A stretch of DNA of 64,000 nt from Spirochaetia bacterium (GCA_965198005.1 CBDAOI010000004.1:1600001-1664000), one strand, 5' to 3'; counted from the first letter of the stretch, positions 9,320 through 18,714 are shown. The notes: generated by a model not told the origin, from the letters alone. Made by a program: numbers and translations.

Positions 9320-9970
9320 ATGCACCGGTCGCGTCACAGCGAACCGGTCACTGCGCTGCCTGTCATCGTGACCCTTCATGACCATCCGTCGAACCCCAAG
9401 CGAGGCACGCTAGCATAGGCGCGGCGCGCCGTCAACGACTCGTGGGGGTCACCGAAGGTCACCGCCAACCCGTCACCGCGCTGTCGCCATCCTGGCGCCT
9501 CATGCCATCCTGGCACGTCATCATGGCAGTTCATCACCGATCCGTCGAACCCCAGACGAGGCAAGCTTGCTATGGACGCGACCACCCTGTCAACGACTCG
9601 CACGTCACCGAACATCACCGGCCACCGGTCACTGCGCTGACTGTCGTCATGGCGCGTCATCATCGATCCGTCGAACCCCACCCCAAGCGAGGCAAGCTTG
9701 CTATGGAGGCGACCACCCTGTCAACGACTCGCAGGTGACCGACCGTGACCGCCAGCCGGTTACTGCGCTGACTGTCATCATGGCAGTTCATCACCGTTCC
9801 GTCGAACCCCAGGCGAGGCCAGCTTGCTACGGACGCGGCCACCCTGTCAACGACTCGGACGTCACCGAACATCACCGGCCACCGCGCTGGCGGTCGTCGG
9901 GGCGCATCATCTGCATTCGCCGAACCCCTAACGGTGCACTCTCTTGCGAGCGCGGCCACCCTGTCAACAG
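9320..9970 (-). repeat. Tandem array of five ~117-158-bp non-coding units, each with a TTGAC(A/G) box facing the SBP operon
   Basis: GTCAAC anchor at 9431, 9589, 9720, 9846, 9963; shared TCCGTCGAACCCC and CACTGCGCTGACTGTC blocks. Confidence 0.9.
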
Positions 9971-10004
9971 CGCCGACCGGCACCTCCCGGGGTGTCACGC
10001 CGGA

Positions 10005-10670
10005 TGCACCGTGACCTCCACCCGTGGCTCCATCCGTGGCGCCACGGGTGGCATGTAGCTCCCGGCCCGCGACAGGGACGTCGTGGGCTGGGAGCCCGTC
10101 GGCAACTCCGGAGGCGCGCCGGGCACGCGTCCGAGCAGGTCCACGAGCGCCGGGCTGTGTATGGGCGTGAGCTGGCCAGCCAGCTCGAAGCGGCCCCTGG
10201 CATTGTGGTGTCGGCGCATCAACGGGCACCGCAGACCGAGTCGGCGAAGTGACTCATCACACGACTGACGTGTCGTCCGTTCGTGGGCAGACACGGTCGG
10301 TCGCGAACAAGGGGCCTTCGGACACGTTCTGAATCGGCCAATGGGCCCTTTTGCCGGATCACAGGTATCGCCATTGTGCTGATGCCGCGGGCGCACCGCT
10401 AGTGACGGTTGGCCGGTGGTGCCCGCGCGGATGGTGGCGGCGTGAGAGGTAGCGCTGCCACGTCATGCCACCGCTTCATCGGCCACGGCAGAGTTCGTAT
10501 CCAGTGGCCTCCACCCGTGGCGCCCTCCCTGGCGCCACGGCTGGCAACGGCCCACAGACCACGACACGAGGTCGGGGGCTGTGGGCTGCTTCGCTGGTCC
10601 GGAGGGGGGGCCCGGAAGGCGACCGAGCAGGTCGGCGAGCGCCCGGCTGTGCATGGGCGTGGCCTTGCCG
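10005..10670. repeat. Two diverged ~180-bp non-coding direct repeats (10005-10190, 10500-10670) around copy 2 of the 210-bp repeat
   Basis: Shared CCTCCACCCGTGGC...GGCGCCACGG, CCGAGCAGGTC, GGCTGTG(T/C)ATGGGCGTG. Confidence 0.7.
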
Positions 10671-10703
10671 GTCAGCGGGAAGCCGATGCTCCGATCTGGA
10701 CCC

Positions 10704-11300
10704 TCAGTACTCGTCGTCACAGAGGCCGTCGCGGAAGGTATGCGGCACCACCCAGTAGCCGTCGACCGTGGCGAACAGGTCGGCGGTCGCCACCCGACAG
10801 AACGCCGGAGCGACAGGCGGCCGCGAGGCCACCACGAAGGTCGGCTTGAGGTGGTAGAGCGCCGAGCGATAGGCAAGCCGCGAGCCCGGACCCCACTGCC
10901 GGTCGGCAGGGCGCTCGGGGAACAGCACCACCAGCGAGCTGCGCTTGACCAGCCACAGGGTACGCCGCGCCAGCGCCGCCCGGGGCGGGATGCCCTCGGG
11001 CACCACCGCCGAGGCGAACAGCCCCTCGGCCCGGCAGCGCCGTGCGCGCTGGCCGAACGCGCAGCCGACGAACACCTCGTCGGGGCCGCACGCTGAGTGG
11101 GCCAGCGCCGCGCGGAACGCCGCATCGACGCCGGTCGCGCAGCCCACGAAGAACCCGAACCCGTGGCGGCGGAACCGCTCGACCAGCGCGCGGCAGACCG
11201 GCTGCTCCACCTGCCCGCGGCGGCTGCCGGCAAACAGCACCGAGCGCGCCGCCACCTTGAACCGCAGCGCCGGCTGACCGGAAACCTGAAAGCTCACCAT
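10704..11300 (-). CDS. SLOG-superfamily (DprA/SMF-like Rossmann) protein
   Basis: FAGSRR, VGCATGVD, AALARRT, GPGSRLA; GGAGGT RBS before ATG 11300. Confidence 0.6.
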   Translation of the reverse strand: MVSFQVSGQPALRFKVAARSVLFAGSRRGQVEQPVCRALVERFRRHGFGFFVGCATGVDAAFRAALAHSACGPDEVFVGCAFGQRARRCRAEGLFASAVVPEGIPPRAALARRTLWLVKRSSLVVLFPERPADRQWGPGSRLAYRSALYHLKPTFVVASRPPVAPAFCRVATADLFATVDGYWVVPHTFRDGLCDDEY

Positions 11301-11517
11301 CGATCGCACCTCCTGGTACTTGGTGCGGCGCCTAATTCGCACTCGGTTCCCAGCCGTCAAGCACTTTCTTCGCGCGATCTGCGCTCTCGGTTCCCTCTCC
11401 CTACGGCAGCTCCGGCTCGGCGGCGCTAGCGATCAGGCGCTCCTTCTGGGCCGCGTGCGTCATCACGCTGCGCAGGTACGCCTTGATGATGGTGCGGTAC
11501 TCGGCCGGCAGGGGCCG

Positions 11518-11870
11518 TCAGGTGCCTTGGGTGGGGGATGTCCCCTCGCCGTCTCCACGAGAGGTCCGCTCGCGGGGGTGGTAGAGGCTGTGCACGCGCT
11601 TCAGATCGCCGATCTCCACCCGCAGGTACTTCTGCGTGGTCTTCAGCGAGGCGTGGCCGAGCAGCTTGGCGATGTGCATCACGTTCGCATCGGCTCGCAG
11701 AAGATGGGTCGCCACCGAATGGCGAAACGTATAGCAGGTCAGGTCTTTCTTGAGCCCCGCCTCGGTGGCGATCTTCCACATCACCGAGCGGTTGATAGTG
11801 CTGGCGTTGAAGGTGTTGCCCCAGCCCGATAGGAACAACAGGCCCGGCTCGTGTTTCCAGCCCGCCACTG
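11518..11870 (-). pseudogene. Tyrosine recombinase (XerD-like) C-terminal fragment
   Basis: LFLS...FRHSVATHLL...LLGHASLKTTQKY...HPR; N-terminus missing at the transposon edge. Confidence 0.85.
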
Positions 11871-11965
11871 TTTCCAAACCGTGCCAAGCAGGGTTGCCAG
11901 CGCGTGCCAGCCTGTGATGCTGGTATCCGCCAGCGGCGAACGCCAGCGGTGCCGGCTGTCGCGGT

Positions 11966-12763
11966 TTAGTCGTGGAGTTCATCGGCAACGATGTTGGTGG
12001 AGTCGATGATGCGGATATCGTTGACGGCGGCACGCAGGATGGAGCGATAGCAGACGGCGTTGACCAGGCGCGGAACGCCGCCGGCGTGGCGGTGAATGTC
12101 AGCTTTGGCATCATCGGCGAAGATCGAGGCAGGGCGGCCACAGCGGGCGGTGTGGTGGTCGATGTAGCGACAGGTCTCCTCCAGAGCCATGGCCGGCATG
12201 TGATAGGAGATACGGATGCGCTGGCGCAAGGAAGCGAAGGAAACATATCTGAGCAACTCGCGCAGCTCGGGTTGGCCGGCGAGGACGAAGGTGATGGAGT
12301 TTTTGGTGTCGAAGGCGAAGTTGACCATGTTCTTGATGGCCACCAGGGCGGTGGCCGCAAGGTCCTGAGCATCGTCGAGGATGACTAGTGGTTTCTTGGT
12401 CAGCTCGGGGATGGTCTTGAAGAACAGCTGCTTGGCCTGGCCGGCGAAGAACGGCGGATCGATCTTCAACTCATCGAGGATTGCCTTGTAGAGCTGGGCT
12501 TCCGAGAGGCCGGCGCCGCGGACATAGAGGGGGCGGTAGCGGTTGCCGTCGAGTTCGCTGACGAAGGCGGCGAGGGCGACCGACTTGCCGCAACCGATGG
12601 GGCCGGTGAGGAGCAGGAGATCCTCGTCGGCGACGCCGAAGGAGAGGCGGGAGAGCGCCTCCTGATGGGCGGCGGAGAGGAACGTGTCGGCGGGCTGGAG
12701 GTGCTTGCCGAACGGCAGGCGGGAGAAGCCGAAGAAGGAGAGGACGTGATCATGCATCTGCAT
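11966..12763 (-). CDS. ExeA-family AAA ATPase (transposition helper)
   Basis: FFGFSRLPF, Walker A GPIGCGKS, ILDDAQ, LAGQPEL, SLRQRI, GVPRLVN. Confidence 0.88.
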   Translation of the reverse strand: MQMHDHVLSFFGFSRLPFGKHLQPADTFLSAAHQEALSRLSFGVADEDLLLLTGPIGCGKSVALAAFVSELDGNRYRPLYVRGAGLSEAQLYKAILDELKIDPPFFAGQAKQLFFKTIPELTKKPLVILDDAQDLAATALVAIKNMVNFAFDTKNSITFVLAGQPELRELLRYVSFASLRQRIRISYHMPAMALEETCRYIDHHTARCGRPASIFADDAKADIHRHAGGVPRLVNAVCYRSILRAAVNDIRIIDSTNIVADELHD

Positions 12764-14153
12764 CGTGGTGCTCCTTGGGGGTAGTGCGGAACTGGCTGAA
12801 CGAAGTCTGGTTACGGTCGCGAAGCCGGGCGTGGTGCTGCTCGCGCAGGCGGGTGAAGTAGTCCCGGGCGGCGGCCGACACCTCAGGCGGCTTGGCGCGG
12901 GACTCCTCGGGGACCGCCGGCACCTGTGTGGTGACCTGTTTGGAAGTGCTGGTGGTCTCCAGCAGGCCGCCGCCGGGGTCGTAGATGGCCAGCTGGGCGA
13001 GGTCGTAGGGATCGAAGCGGACCTCGACGACGCTGCCATGAGGAACGGCGGTGACAGGGTATTGGTTGCCGTGCAGCTTGATCCTGCCGTACTTGCTGAC
13101 GGTGCGCCGTTCGCGCCACAGGAACAGGGCGTTGAAGGTCTCCAGATCGGTGATGCGGCGGTGGTCGGCGGGCAGCCCGTCGCGGAAACGTGCATCTGGA
13201 CTCTGGCCGGTGGCTGAGTGGACGCGGACGTTGTATTCCAGATCCATCCAGGCCCAGAAGGCGGAGTTCAGTTCATCGAGAGTACGCATCCCGGCGACTT
13301 GGGCCTCGCGTTGGAACTGGTTCTTGATGATCTTGTTGGCGGCCTCGACCTTGCCCTTGCAATAACTTTGATAGGGCGGGTGGCGCACTCGTTTGACCTG
13401 TAACTCGACCAGGATGGCCAGCATGTGGCGCGAGATGTAAACTTTTCCGTTGTCGACATAACACCGAACCGGCACGCCGTAACGCAGGACGCAATAGCGG
13501 AAGCTGTCCATCAGGGCGGGCAGCTTCTCGTCGAAATAGTACTTGCCGAACAGGATTTTGCGGGAGAAGTCGTCGATCCAGAGGAACAGGTAGGTTTTCT
13601 TGCGGCCTTGGGGGGTGTTGAGCCAGATGCCGTCGCGGGCGTCGGCCTGCAGGAGGGCCAGGGAGTGCGGTGCCTCGAACGAGCGGTAGGAGCTGCGCGA
13701 GTCTTCAGCGAGCATGCGGTAGCGGACCGCCTGGGTGAGGCCCTGCTCGGCCAGGAAGCGGTAGATGGTGCGATCTGAGATGCGTTTGATCTTGCTGCCC
13801 AACTGATCGTCGGTGGCGAGCAGCTTGCGCAGTTGGGGGACGCTCCTGGTGGGCAGCTCGTTGACCAGCGCGAGGAGCTTGGCGCGCAGCCCAGGATCGT
13901 GGACGCGAGGCGAGGTGGGCCGCGGCCGGTAGAACAGCAGCCCCCGGGGGCCCTTCTTGCGATAGCGGTGGAGGTAGCCTCTGATGGTGCGCCCCCCAAC
14001 CCGATGCTGCTCGCAGTAGCGCCGGCGTTCCGCGCGTTTGTCGGCGTTCCCGATGTGCGGGTCGAGCAGCATCTCGACCAAGCGCAGGCGTTCGTCAAAC
14101 GCCTCCATGGCCGCGTCCGGGATCTGCTCCCAAGGGAAGTCGGGGCCGCTCAT
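12750..14153 (-). CDS. DDE integrase / Mu-type transposase
   Basis: HTH N-terminus; LQAD, WIDDFSR, YVDNG, KGKVE, YN.RVHS..GQSP, C-terminal VRFDPYDL. Confidence 0.9.
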   Translation of the reverse strand: MSGPDFPWEQIPDAAMEAFDERLRLVEMLLDPHIGNADKRAERRRYCEQHRVGGRTIRGYLHRYRKKGPRGLLFYRPRPTSPRVHDPGLRAKLLALVNELPTRSVPQLRKLLATDDQLGSKIKRISDRTIYRFLAEQGLTQAVRYRMLAEDSRSSYRSFEAPHSLALLQADARDGIWLNTPQGRKKTYLFLWIDDFSRKILFGKYYFDEKLPALMDSFRYCVLRYGVPVRCYVDNGKVYISRHMLAILVELQVKRVRHPPYQSYCKGKVEAANKIIKNQFQREAQVAGMRTLDELNSAFWAWMDLEYNVRVHSATGQSPDARFRDGLPADHRRITDLETFNALFLWRERRTVSKYGRIKLHGNQYPVTAVPHGSVVEVRFDPYDLAQLAIYDPGGGLLETTSTSKQVTTQVPAVPEESRAKPPEVSAAARDYFTRLREQHHARLRDRNQTSFSQFRTTPKEHHDADA

Positions 14154-14782
14154 TCGAGGTCCTCGCGCTCGCCGACGACGGCCCGCCGGCACAGCCAATC
14201 GCGGTACTCGCTGGTGAGCTCGTCGAGGGACAGGCGGGACTGCTCAGCGTACAGCTCACGCAGGCGCTCGACCTCCTCGGCGAGCTTCTGCAGCAGCACC
14301 TCGCCGGCTACCTCCAGGTGGTGTGAATCGAGCGACTGCCACGGCTCGGGAGTGAGGAACAACTCCAGCACCCAGTCACAGAGAAACTGCAACCGGTCGC
14401 CGATCAGCTGCAGCAGCTGGGAGAGTTCATCGAATCCGCCCAGCACGCACTGGGGAGCATCGATGAGCTGGCTCAGAATGTTCTCCCGCACCAGCGCCGC
14501 CTGGCGGCTGAAGATCGACCCCCGAGTGTGGTCGGCGTGCAGCAACGCCGTCGCATCGCTGCTGCGGTAGCCAGCCAGGGCACGCCACAGATCGCGCTCA
14601 TCGGCGCTCCTGCGCCGGCAATGCTCCAGCAACCAGTCGCGGCGGCGTGGCGGTGGCGTCGGTTCGGTCAAGATCCGATGAAAGAGCAGCAGCAGCTCTT
14701 CCAGCTGCGCCAAACGGTCGGGGGAAACCAGTAGTTGATCCACTTTGATGCCTCCTGAGGGTGGATGCTTAAGTGGTATCAA
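14150..14782 (-). CDS. Hypothetical helical protein inside the transposon
   Basis: Overlaps both neighbours; GGAGG precedes internal GTG ~14742, so the start is uncertain. Confidence 0.6.
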   Translation of the reverse strand: MIPLKHPPSGGIKVDQLLVSPDRLAQLEELLLLFHRILTEPTPPPRRRDWLLEHCRRRSADERDLWRALAGYRSSDATALLHADHTRGSIFSRQAALVRENILSQLIDAPQCVLGGFDELSQLLQLIGDRLQFLCDWVLELFLTPEPWQSLDSHHLEVAGEVLLQKLAEEVERLRELYAEQSRLSLDELTSEYRDWLCRRAVVGEREDLE

Positions 14783-15443
14783 ACCAACAGCCGCCTCGAA
14801 ATACTAAACTCAATGGAATCGGCGGGGGGCTCCGGGCGCGCTCCGCGACGTAGGCGAGGTGAACGCAGCCGATAACGGTGAACGCTACTCCGATGGCGGT
14901 GAGCGCGGCCTGTCTGGCATCCTCCAGCGCGGCCACTGAGCGCCGCAACTGCGCCAGCGCACCTTCGCCCACGCGCACCGGTGGCAAGGCGGTGAACGGC
15001 GCCAGCTCGGCCACCCACTCGTTCACCTCCAGCAGCATCGCTGCGATGTTGTCGTCCACCCACAGCAGATGACGCGCTATGGTGCGCTCACAGGCGCTGC
15101 CGATCACCGCGTAGCCGTGGTCACGCGCGCTGCCGGCCGTGGGGTGCTTCTTCCGCAGCTCGAGCACCAGGTCGAGCCTGATGTTGCACTCGGGAATCAC
15201 AAACCACGGCAGCATGCGTTTGGTGTACTGGGTGCCCGCTTCCCGCGCCCGCTCACAGATGATCACCACGATCAGGTGTTGGTGATTACTGCCGTCGGTG
15301 CACCGCACCAGGCGTTTGCAGTAGCAATGAATCACCACCGCATGGCTCTCCCCGCACAGCACGCAGGGACGCTTGCCGCCTTCTCTGATCAGGGATTGGC
15401 GGTAGGCTTGAAAGTCGAAGCCGTCTAGTTCAGGATGATCCAG
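14769..15443 (-). CDS. DUF6431-like protein with CxxC; start uncertain, upstream in-frame TAA
   Basis: RPCVLCGESH...IHCY..R...IIC...T.RMLPWFVIP; GTG 15461 is followed by TAA at 15449-15447. Confidence 0.55.
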   Translation of the reverse strand: MDHPELDGFDFQAYRQSLIREGGKRPCVLCGESHAVVIHCYCKRLVRCTDGSNHQHLIVVIICERAREAGTQYTKRMLPWFVIPECNIRLDLVLELRKKHPTAGSARDHGYAVIGSACERTIARHLLWVDDNIAAMLLEVNEWVAELAPFTALPPVRVGEGALAQLRRSVAALEDARQAALTAIGVAFTVIGCVHLAYVAERARSPPPIPLSLVFRGGCWFDTT

Positions 15444-15594
15444 CTTTTAGGTGGGGGTCACCGTTGTACCCGGAGTAAGTACTGGCGGTGGCCCCTATCT
15501 TTTTTCGTGATCTCCGGAACGCTTCCCGGGCGAACCTATCCTACCCCACTGGCGGATTTGTCCACATCTCGGAAATCTCACCTGGCGGGCAACA

Positions 15595-16070
15595 CGATGC
15601 GACCGAGCAACTCCCCGCGCAACTCCTCCGGTCCCACCTGCGTCTGGTCGATCAACAGGTGCGCGTAGCGCGGCACTCCCGGCCAATCTCGCACCGCTTC
15701 GGCAAACAGCTCCGCAAACTCGCGCGCTTCGCGCCAAACGCGCCCGCCCTGATACAGAACCAGCGGTACGATCGGGCGCAACTGTTTCTCCTGCGGATGC
15801 CGCCGCCGATCGCGTTCCCAGATCCGGATGCTGTACTTCAGCAGCCGCAGCCGCAACCACGGGTCCGGGGTCGACTGGTGCTCCAGCAGCACGTACAGCC
15901 ACGCCGCGGCGCCGTCGGCCGTGCGCCGGATCGCGTACAGCAGGTCCGATTCGCTGTCGCGCAGGCGGTCGTCGATGAAGCTCACCGACTGCCACTCGAG
16001 GCTCGACCACAGCAATTCGCGGCTGACCGACGGCGGCAGGTAGGCTTGCAGCAGGCTGGCCGCCTCGGTC
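15595..16070 (-). pseudogene. Rpn/YhgA-like PD-(D/E)XK nuclease fragment
   Basis: SFIDDRLRDSESDLLY, YVLLEHQS, IVPLVLYQG; truncated at both ends. Confidence 0.88.
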
Positions 16071-16870
16071 AGGGTCAGGCACAGGCCTGACCACAGCGCC
16101 AGCCACGGCGCCTGCTCCATGTACTTGCGGCCGTCCCGGCTCAGCAGCGTCCCCCAGCTCGGAATCTCGGGCGACAGTCCGAACCCCAGGAAACTCAGCG
16201 ACGCCTCGCTGATGATCACCGCGCCGATGTTGATGCAGCCCCGGAAACGCCATCCAGGCATCGACAACCCGCTGGACCACCAGGTCCAGCTTGCCACCGA
16301 AGAATCCGGCCGTGCCGCCGATCAGCACCGCAACCAGGACGTTGAGGCTGGTCGCGACCAGGCCGACGAACATGGAAATACGCGCCCCGTGGATATTGCG
16401 GCTCAAGAAGTCGCGCCCCAACTGATCGGTACCCATCAGATGCTCGGCCGACGGGGGCTTCAGCAGCGCTCTCAGGTGCACTTCATCGAAAATCGCCACC
16501 AGAATCAAGCCCAGTACGACCACGCCGCCAGCGGTGCCGAGCGGCTCTCTACGTCGACGCCAATGGCCTGCCAGTAGGAGGCAGCGAATTGTGCATAGTC
16601 GAAATCGGCATGTTCGAAATGGGACTCGGTAGCCTTGATTCGAATACCGTCGGCGCCGCGCGGATATCCAGCCTCATCCAGAAGCTTCTCGGCCCCTTCC
16701 GGGTCGTAGTAGGTGTCGTTCATCGTCTCGAGGTCGAGTGCCATCTGCATCGCCCGGCGCACCCTGACGTCTTTTGAGAACGGATTGTCCTTGCTCATGT
16801 TAAAAGCGAAAGCGTTCTCCGACCGAATCGACCACGGGTAGAATGTGATTTCGGGGTTGGTCCGCATGGA
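16071..16870 (-). pseudogene. Deletion-scrambled oppC and SBP fragments
   Basis: Blocks nearly identical to 18935-19265 and homologous to SBP motifs, joined across internal deletions. Confidence 0.88.
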
Positions 16871-16956
16871 GGGGTCGGGGAATTCGCGGCTGACCGCCGT
16901 ACGCGAAGCGTAGTAGTACTTGCCTTCCATCGCTGCCGGACGTACATTGGCCGTAC

Positions 16957-17244
16957 ATGCCGACAGTCACGAACCGTCGCCGCAGCGAGCGTTTGGAAGT
17001 CAGGACCACGCCGGAGGATCGCACTCTCATCGACCGAGCCGTTGCCGCGGAGGGAACTGATCTCACTGCGTTCGTCGTGAGCAGCGTCACAACCGCTGCG
17101 CGCCGCGTGCTCGCGGATCGGTCCGCGTTCATCATGACCCCCGAAGTTGCCAAGGTCTGGGAGGCCACCAACAAGCGCCAAGCCCGGGACTTGCCCGGAC
17201 TTCGCAAGCTGATGAAGCGTGCCTCACCCTTCGTCACCGGATGA
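16957..17244 (+). CDS. DUF1778 (TacA/AtaR-type) RHH antitoxin
   Basis: RSERLEVRTT..DR.LI.RA....GTDLT.FV....A.RVLAD. Confidence 0.88.
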   Translation: MPTVTNRRRSERLEVRTTPEDRTLIDRAVAAEGTDLTAFVVSSVTTAARRVLADRSAFIMTPEVAKVWEATNKRQARDLPGLRKLMKRASPFVTG

Positions 17245-17762
17245 TCCACGGATACCTGCCGCCGGGACTGCTGACCAACGACCACGTGGTGGAGAGCTTC
17301 GCGTGCCGTTCCGTGGAGCAGACCCAGTGGCTCAGACGATACGCCCGCCAGTCGGCTGCTGCCGGTACGACGAAGGTCTTGGTGGTCACGCAGTCCGACC
17401 GCGTGGAGGTCGTCGGCTATTACGCATGGTGCATGGCAAGCATCGCTGTGGAGGCCGCCCCGCAGCGGCTGAGGAGGGGAGCTGGACGCTATCCACAGCC
17501 GGTTGCTCTGCTGGCGCGACTTGGCGTCAGTGTCCGACACGAACGGCGTGGCTTGAGTGCAGGGATGCTGCAAGACGTGATCAAGCGCACCACCGCCCTT
17601 GGTACCGAAATCGGCTGTCGAGGGCTCCTGGTCCATGCCGAGACTGCTGAGGTCAGCGACTTCTACCGGCACCTGGTCCCCGAGTTCGAGCCCTCGCCGA
17701 CAGACGAGCTCCATCTGCTGCTGCTCATGAAGGACATTCTCCGCACCCTGAGCGTGCGGTAG
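17241..17762 (+). CDS. GNAT acetyltransferase toxin (TacT/AtaT-type)
   Basis: F.C...WL.RYA.Q, VVGYY, PVALLARLGV, RGL, LLVHA, FY; overlaps the antitoxin stop. Confidence 0.88.
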   Translation: MIHGYLPPGLLTNDHVVESFACRSVEQTQWLRRYARQSAAAGTTKVLVVTQSDRVEVVGYYAWCMASIAVEAAPQRLRRGAGRYPQPVALLARLGVSVRHERRGLSAGMLQDVIKRTTALGTEIGCRGLLVHAETAEVSDFYRHLVPEFEPSPTDELHLLLLMKDILRTLSVR

Positions 17763-17846
17763 CGCCGTCGGCAGGTAGGCTTGCAGCAGGCTGGCCGCTT
17801 CGGTTTCCTTGTGTTCTCCGAAGACGGAACGGAACAGGTGCCACAC
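17763..17846 (-). pseudogene. Second Rpn 5' fragment
   Basis: LFRSVFG...EAASLLQAYLP, duplicating ~16034-16068. Confidence 0.65.
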
Positions 17847-17926
17847 CAGACCGACGGGGGATCGGGAACTCCGGGTGGTAACCGCCCATGGCGCCTTCGT
17901 GAACCCGGGACATCGCCGCGCTTTGA

Positions 17927-18232
17927 TCAGGCTGGTTCGTAGCGCTGAACTGCGATCTCACTCGCACGTGCACGCATCTGAGCGGCATCGTACCATGCCT
18001 GCATCTTCAGCAGCAGGTCCAGGCTGACGTCGAAGGCTTTCTCGATGCGCAACGCCATTTCCGGAGAGAGCGAGGCGTTGCCATTGAGCAGGGCCGAGAG
18101 GGTCGCCCGACGGACCCCGAGAATCAGGGCTGCCCTCGTTACGCTCAGCCCCAACTCCTCAATAACCTCCGTGCGGATAAAATCGCCCGGATGAGATGGG
18201 GCCATGTTCACTTCGATACCGTTGGTAGCCAT
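17927..18232 (-). CDS. higA: HigA-family antitoxin 2
   Basis: PSHPGDFIR..VIEELGLSVT.AA..LGV.R.TLS.LLNG...LSPEMALRIEKAF. Confidence 0.92.
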   Translation of the reverse strand: MATNGIEVNMAPSHPGDFIRTEVIEELGLSVTRAALILGVRRATLSALLNGNASLSPEMALRIEKAFDVSLDLLLKMQAWYDAAQMRARASEIAVQRYEPA

Positions 18233-18522
18233 CAGTGGTAATCCTCCAGATTCAAGCTGTCGATGTAGCCGTCCTCTACTGCAAACGTGATCCGCCAATT
18301 GCCGGAGACCGAAACGCTCCAGTCGTGCTGCCGGTCACCGGAGAGTCGGTGAACACGCCAGCCAGGCGGCGCCGCGGCAATAAACTCGTCAATGTTCTCG
18401 GCCAGGATGAACACGGTCAGGATCTTTCGCACTCGGTCGACAAGGTCCTGCGGCAGAAACCTGGGGTTGTCGTCCTCGAGCAGGCGGCGCAACCCCCGGT
18501 GACGCACAGAGCGAATGATCAC
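18232..18522 (-). CDS. higB: HigB-family toxin 2
   Basis: IRSVRHRGLRRL...PGWRVHRLSGD....WSVSVSGNWRITF...EDYH*; own promoter TTGCCA-17-TACGCT at 18557-18529. Confidence 0.9.
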   Translation of the reverse strand: MIIRSVRHRGLRRLLEDDNPRFLPQDLVDRVRKILTVFILAENIDEFIAAAPPGWRVHRLSGDRQHDWSVSVSGNWRITFAVEDGYIDSLNLEDYH

Positions 18523-18714
18523 GCCACAAGCGTACGGCTGCACCGTTCGCGTGGCAAGCAGCGCGTCGTGCGCGGTGGCGCGGCAAGCGGTGCCCGTTTC
18601 CCGGATCCGCGGCATCTCCCGGCGGTGGCGCGAGGTCGAAGTGTTCGGGAGGCTGTGACCTGCCCTCACCCGCGCGACCGGCTGCGACCGGACCTGGGCC
18701 GTGCCCGCCGGCCG

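Larger units (their letters stand above)
11869..15594 (-). mobile_element. Mu/Tn7-like transposon: DUF6431-like, hypothetical, DDE transposase, ExeA-like ATPase
   Basis: Four overlapping co-oriented ORFs; TGT end at 15594 cuts the Rpn frame; repeated (C)GCCAG boxes near both ends; left end uncertain (11850-11915); no TSD found. Confidence 0.75.

Noticed and set aside
9320-9970. CRISPR array
   Set aside because: Units are ~126 bp and homologous throughout, with no unique spacers and no cas genes in the window
11518-12372. 284-aa integrase ORF
   Set aside because: Its N-terminal part is an alternative frame of the ExeA gene; only the last ~115 aa are integrase
15495-17846. Long minus-strand ORFs 15578-16297, 15495-16523, 16800-17846 as real genes
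   Set aside because: Chimeras of fragments, or antisense to the TA pair
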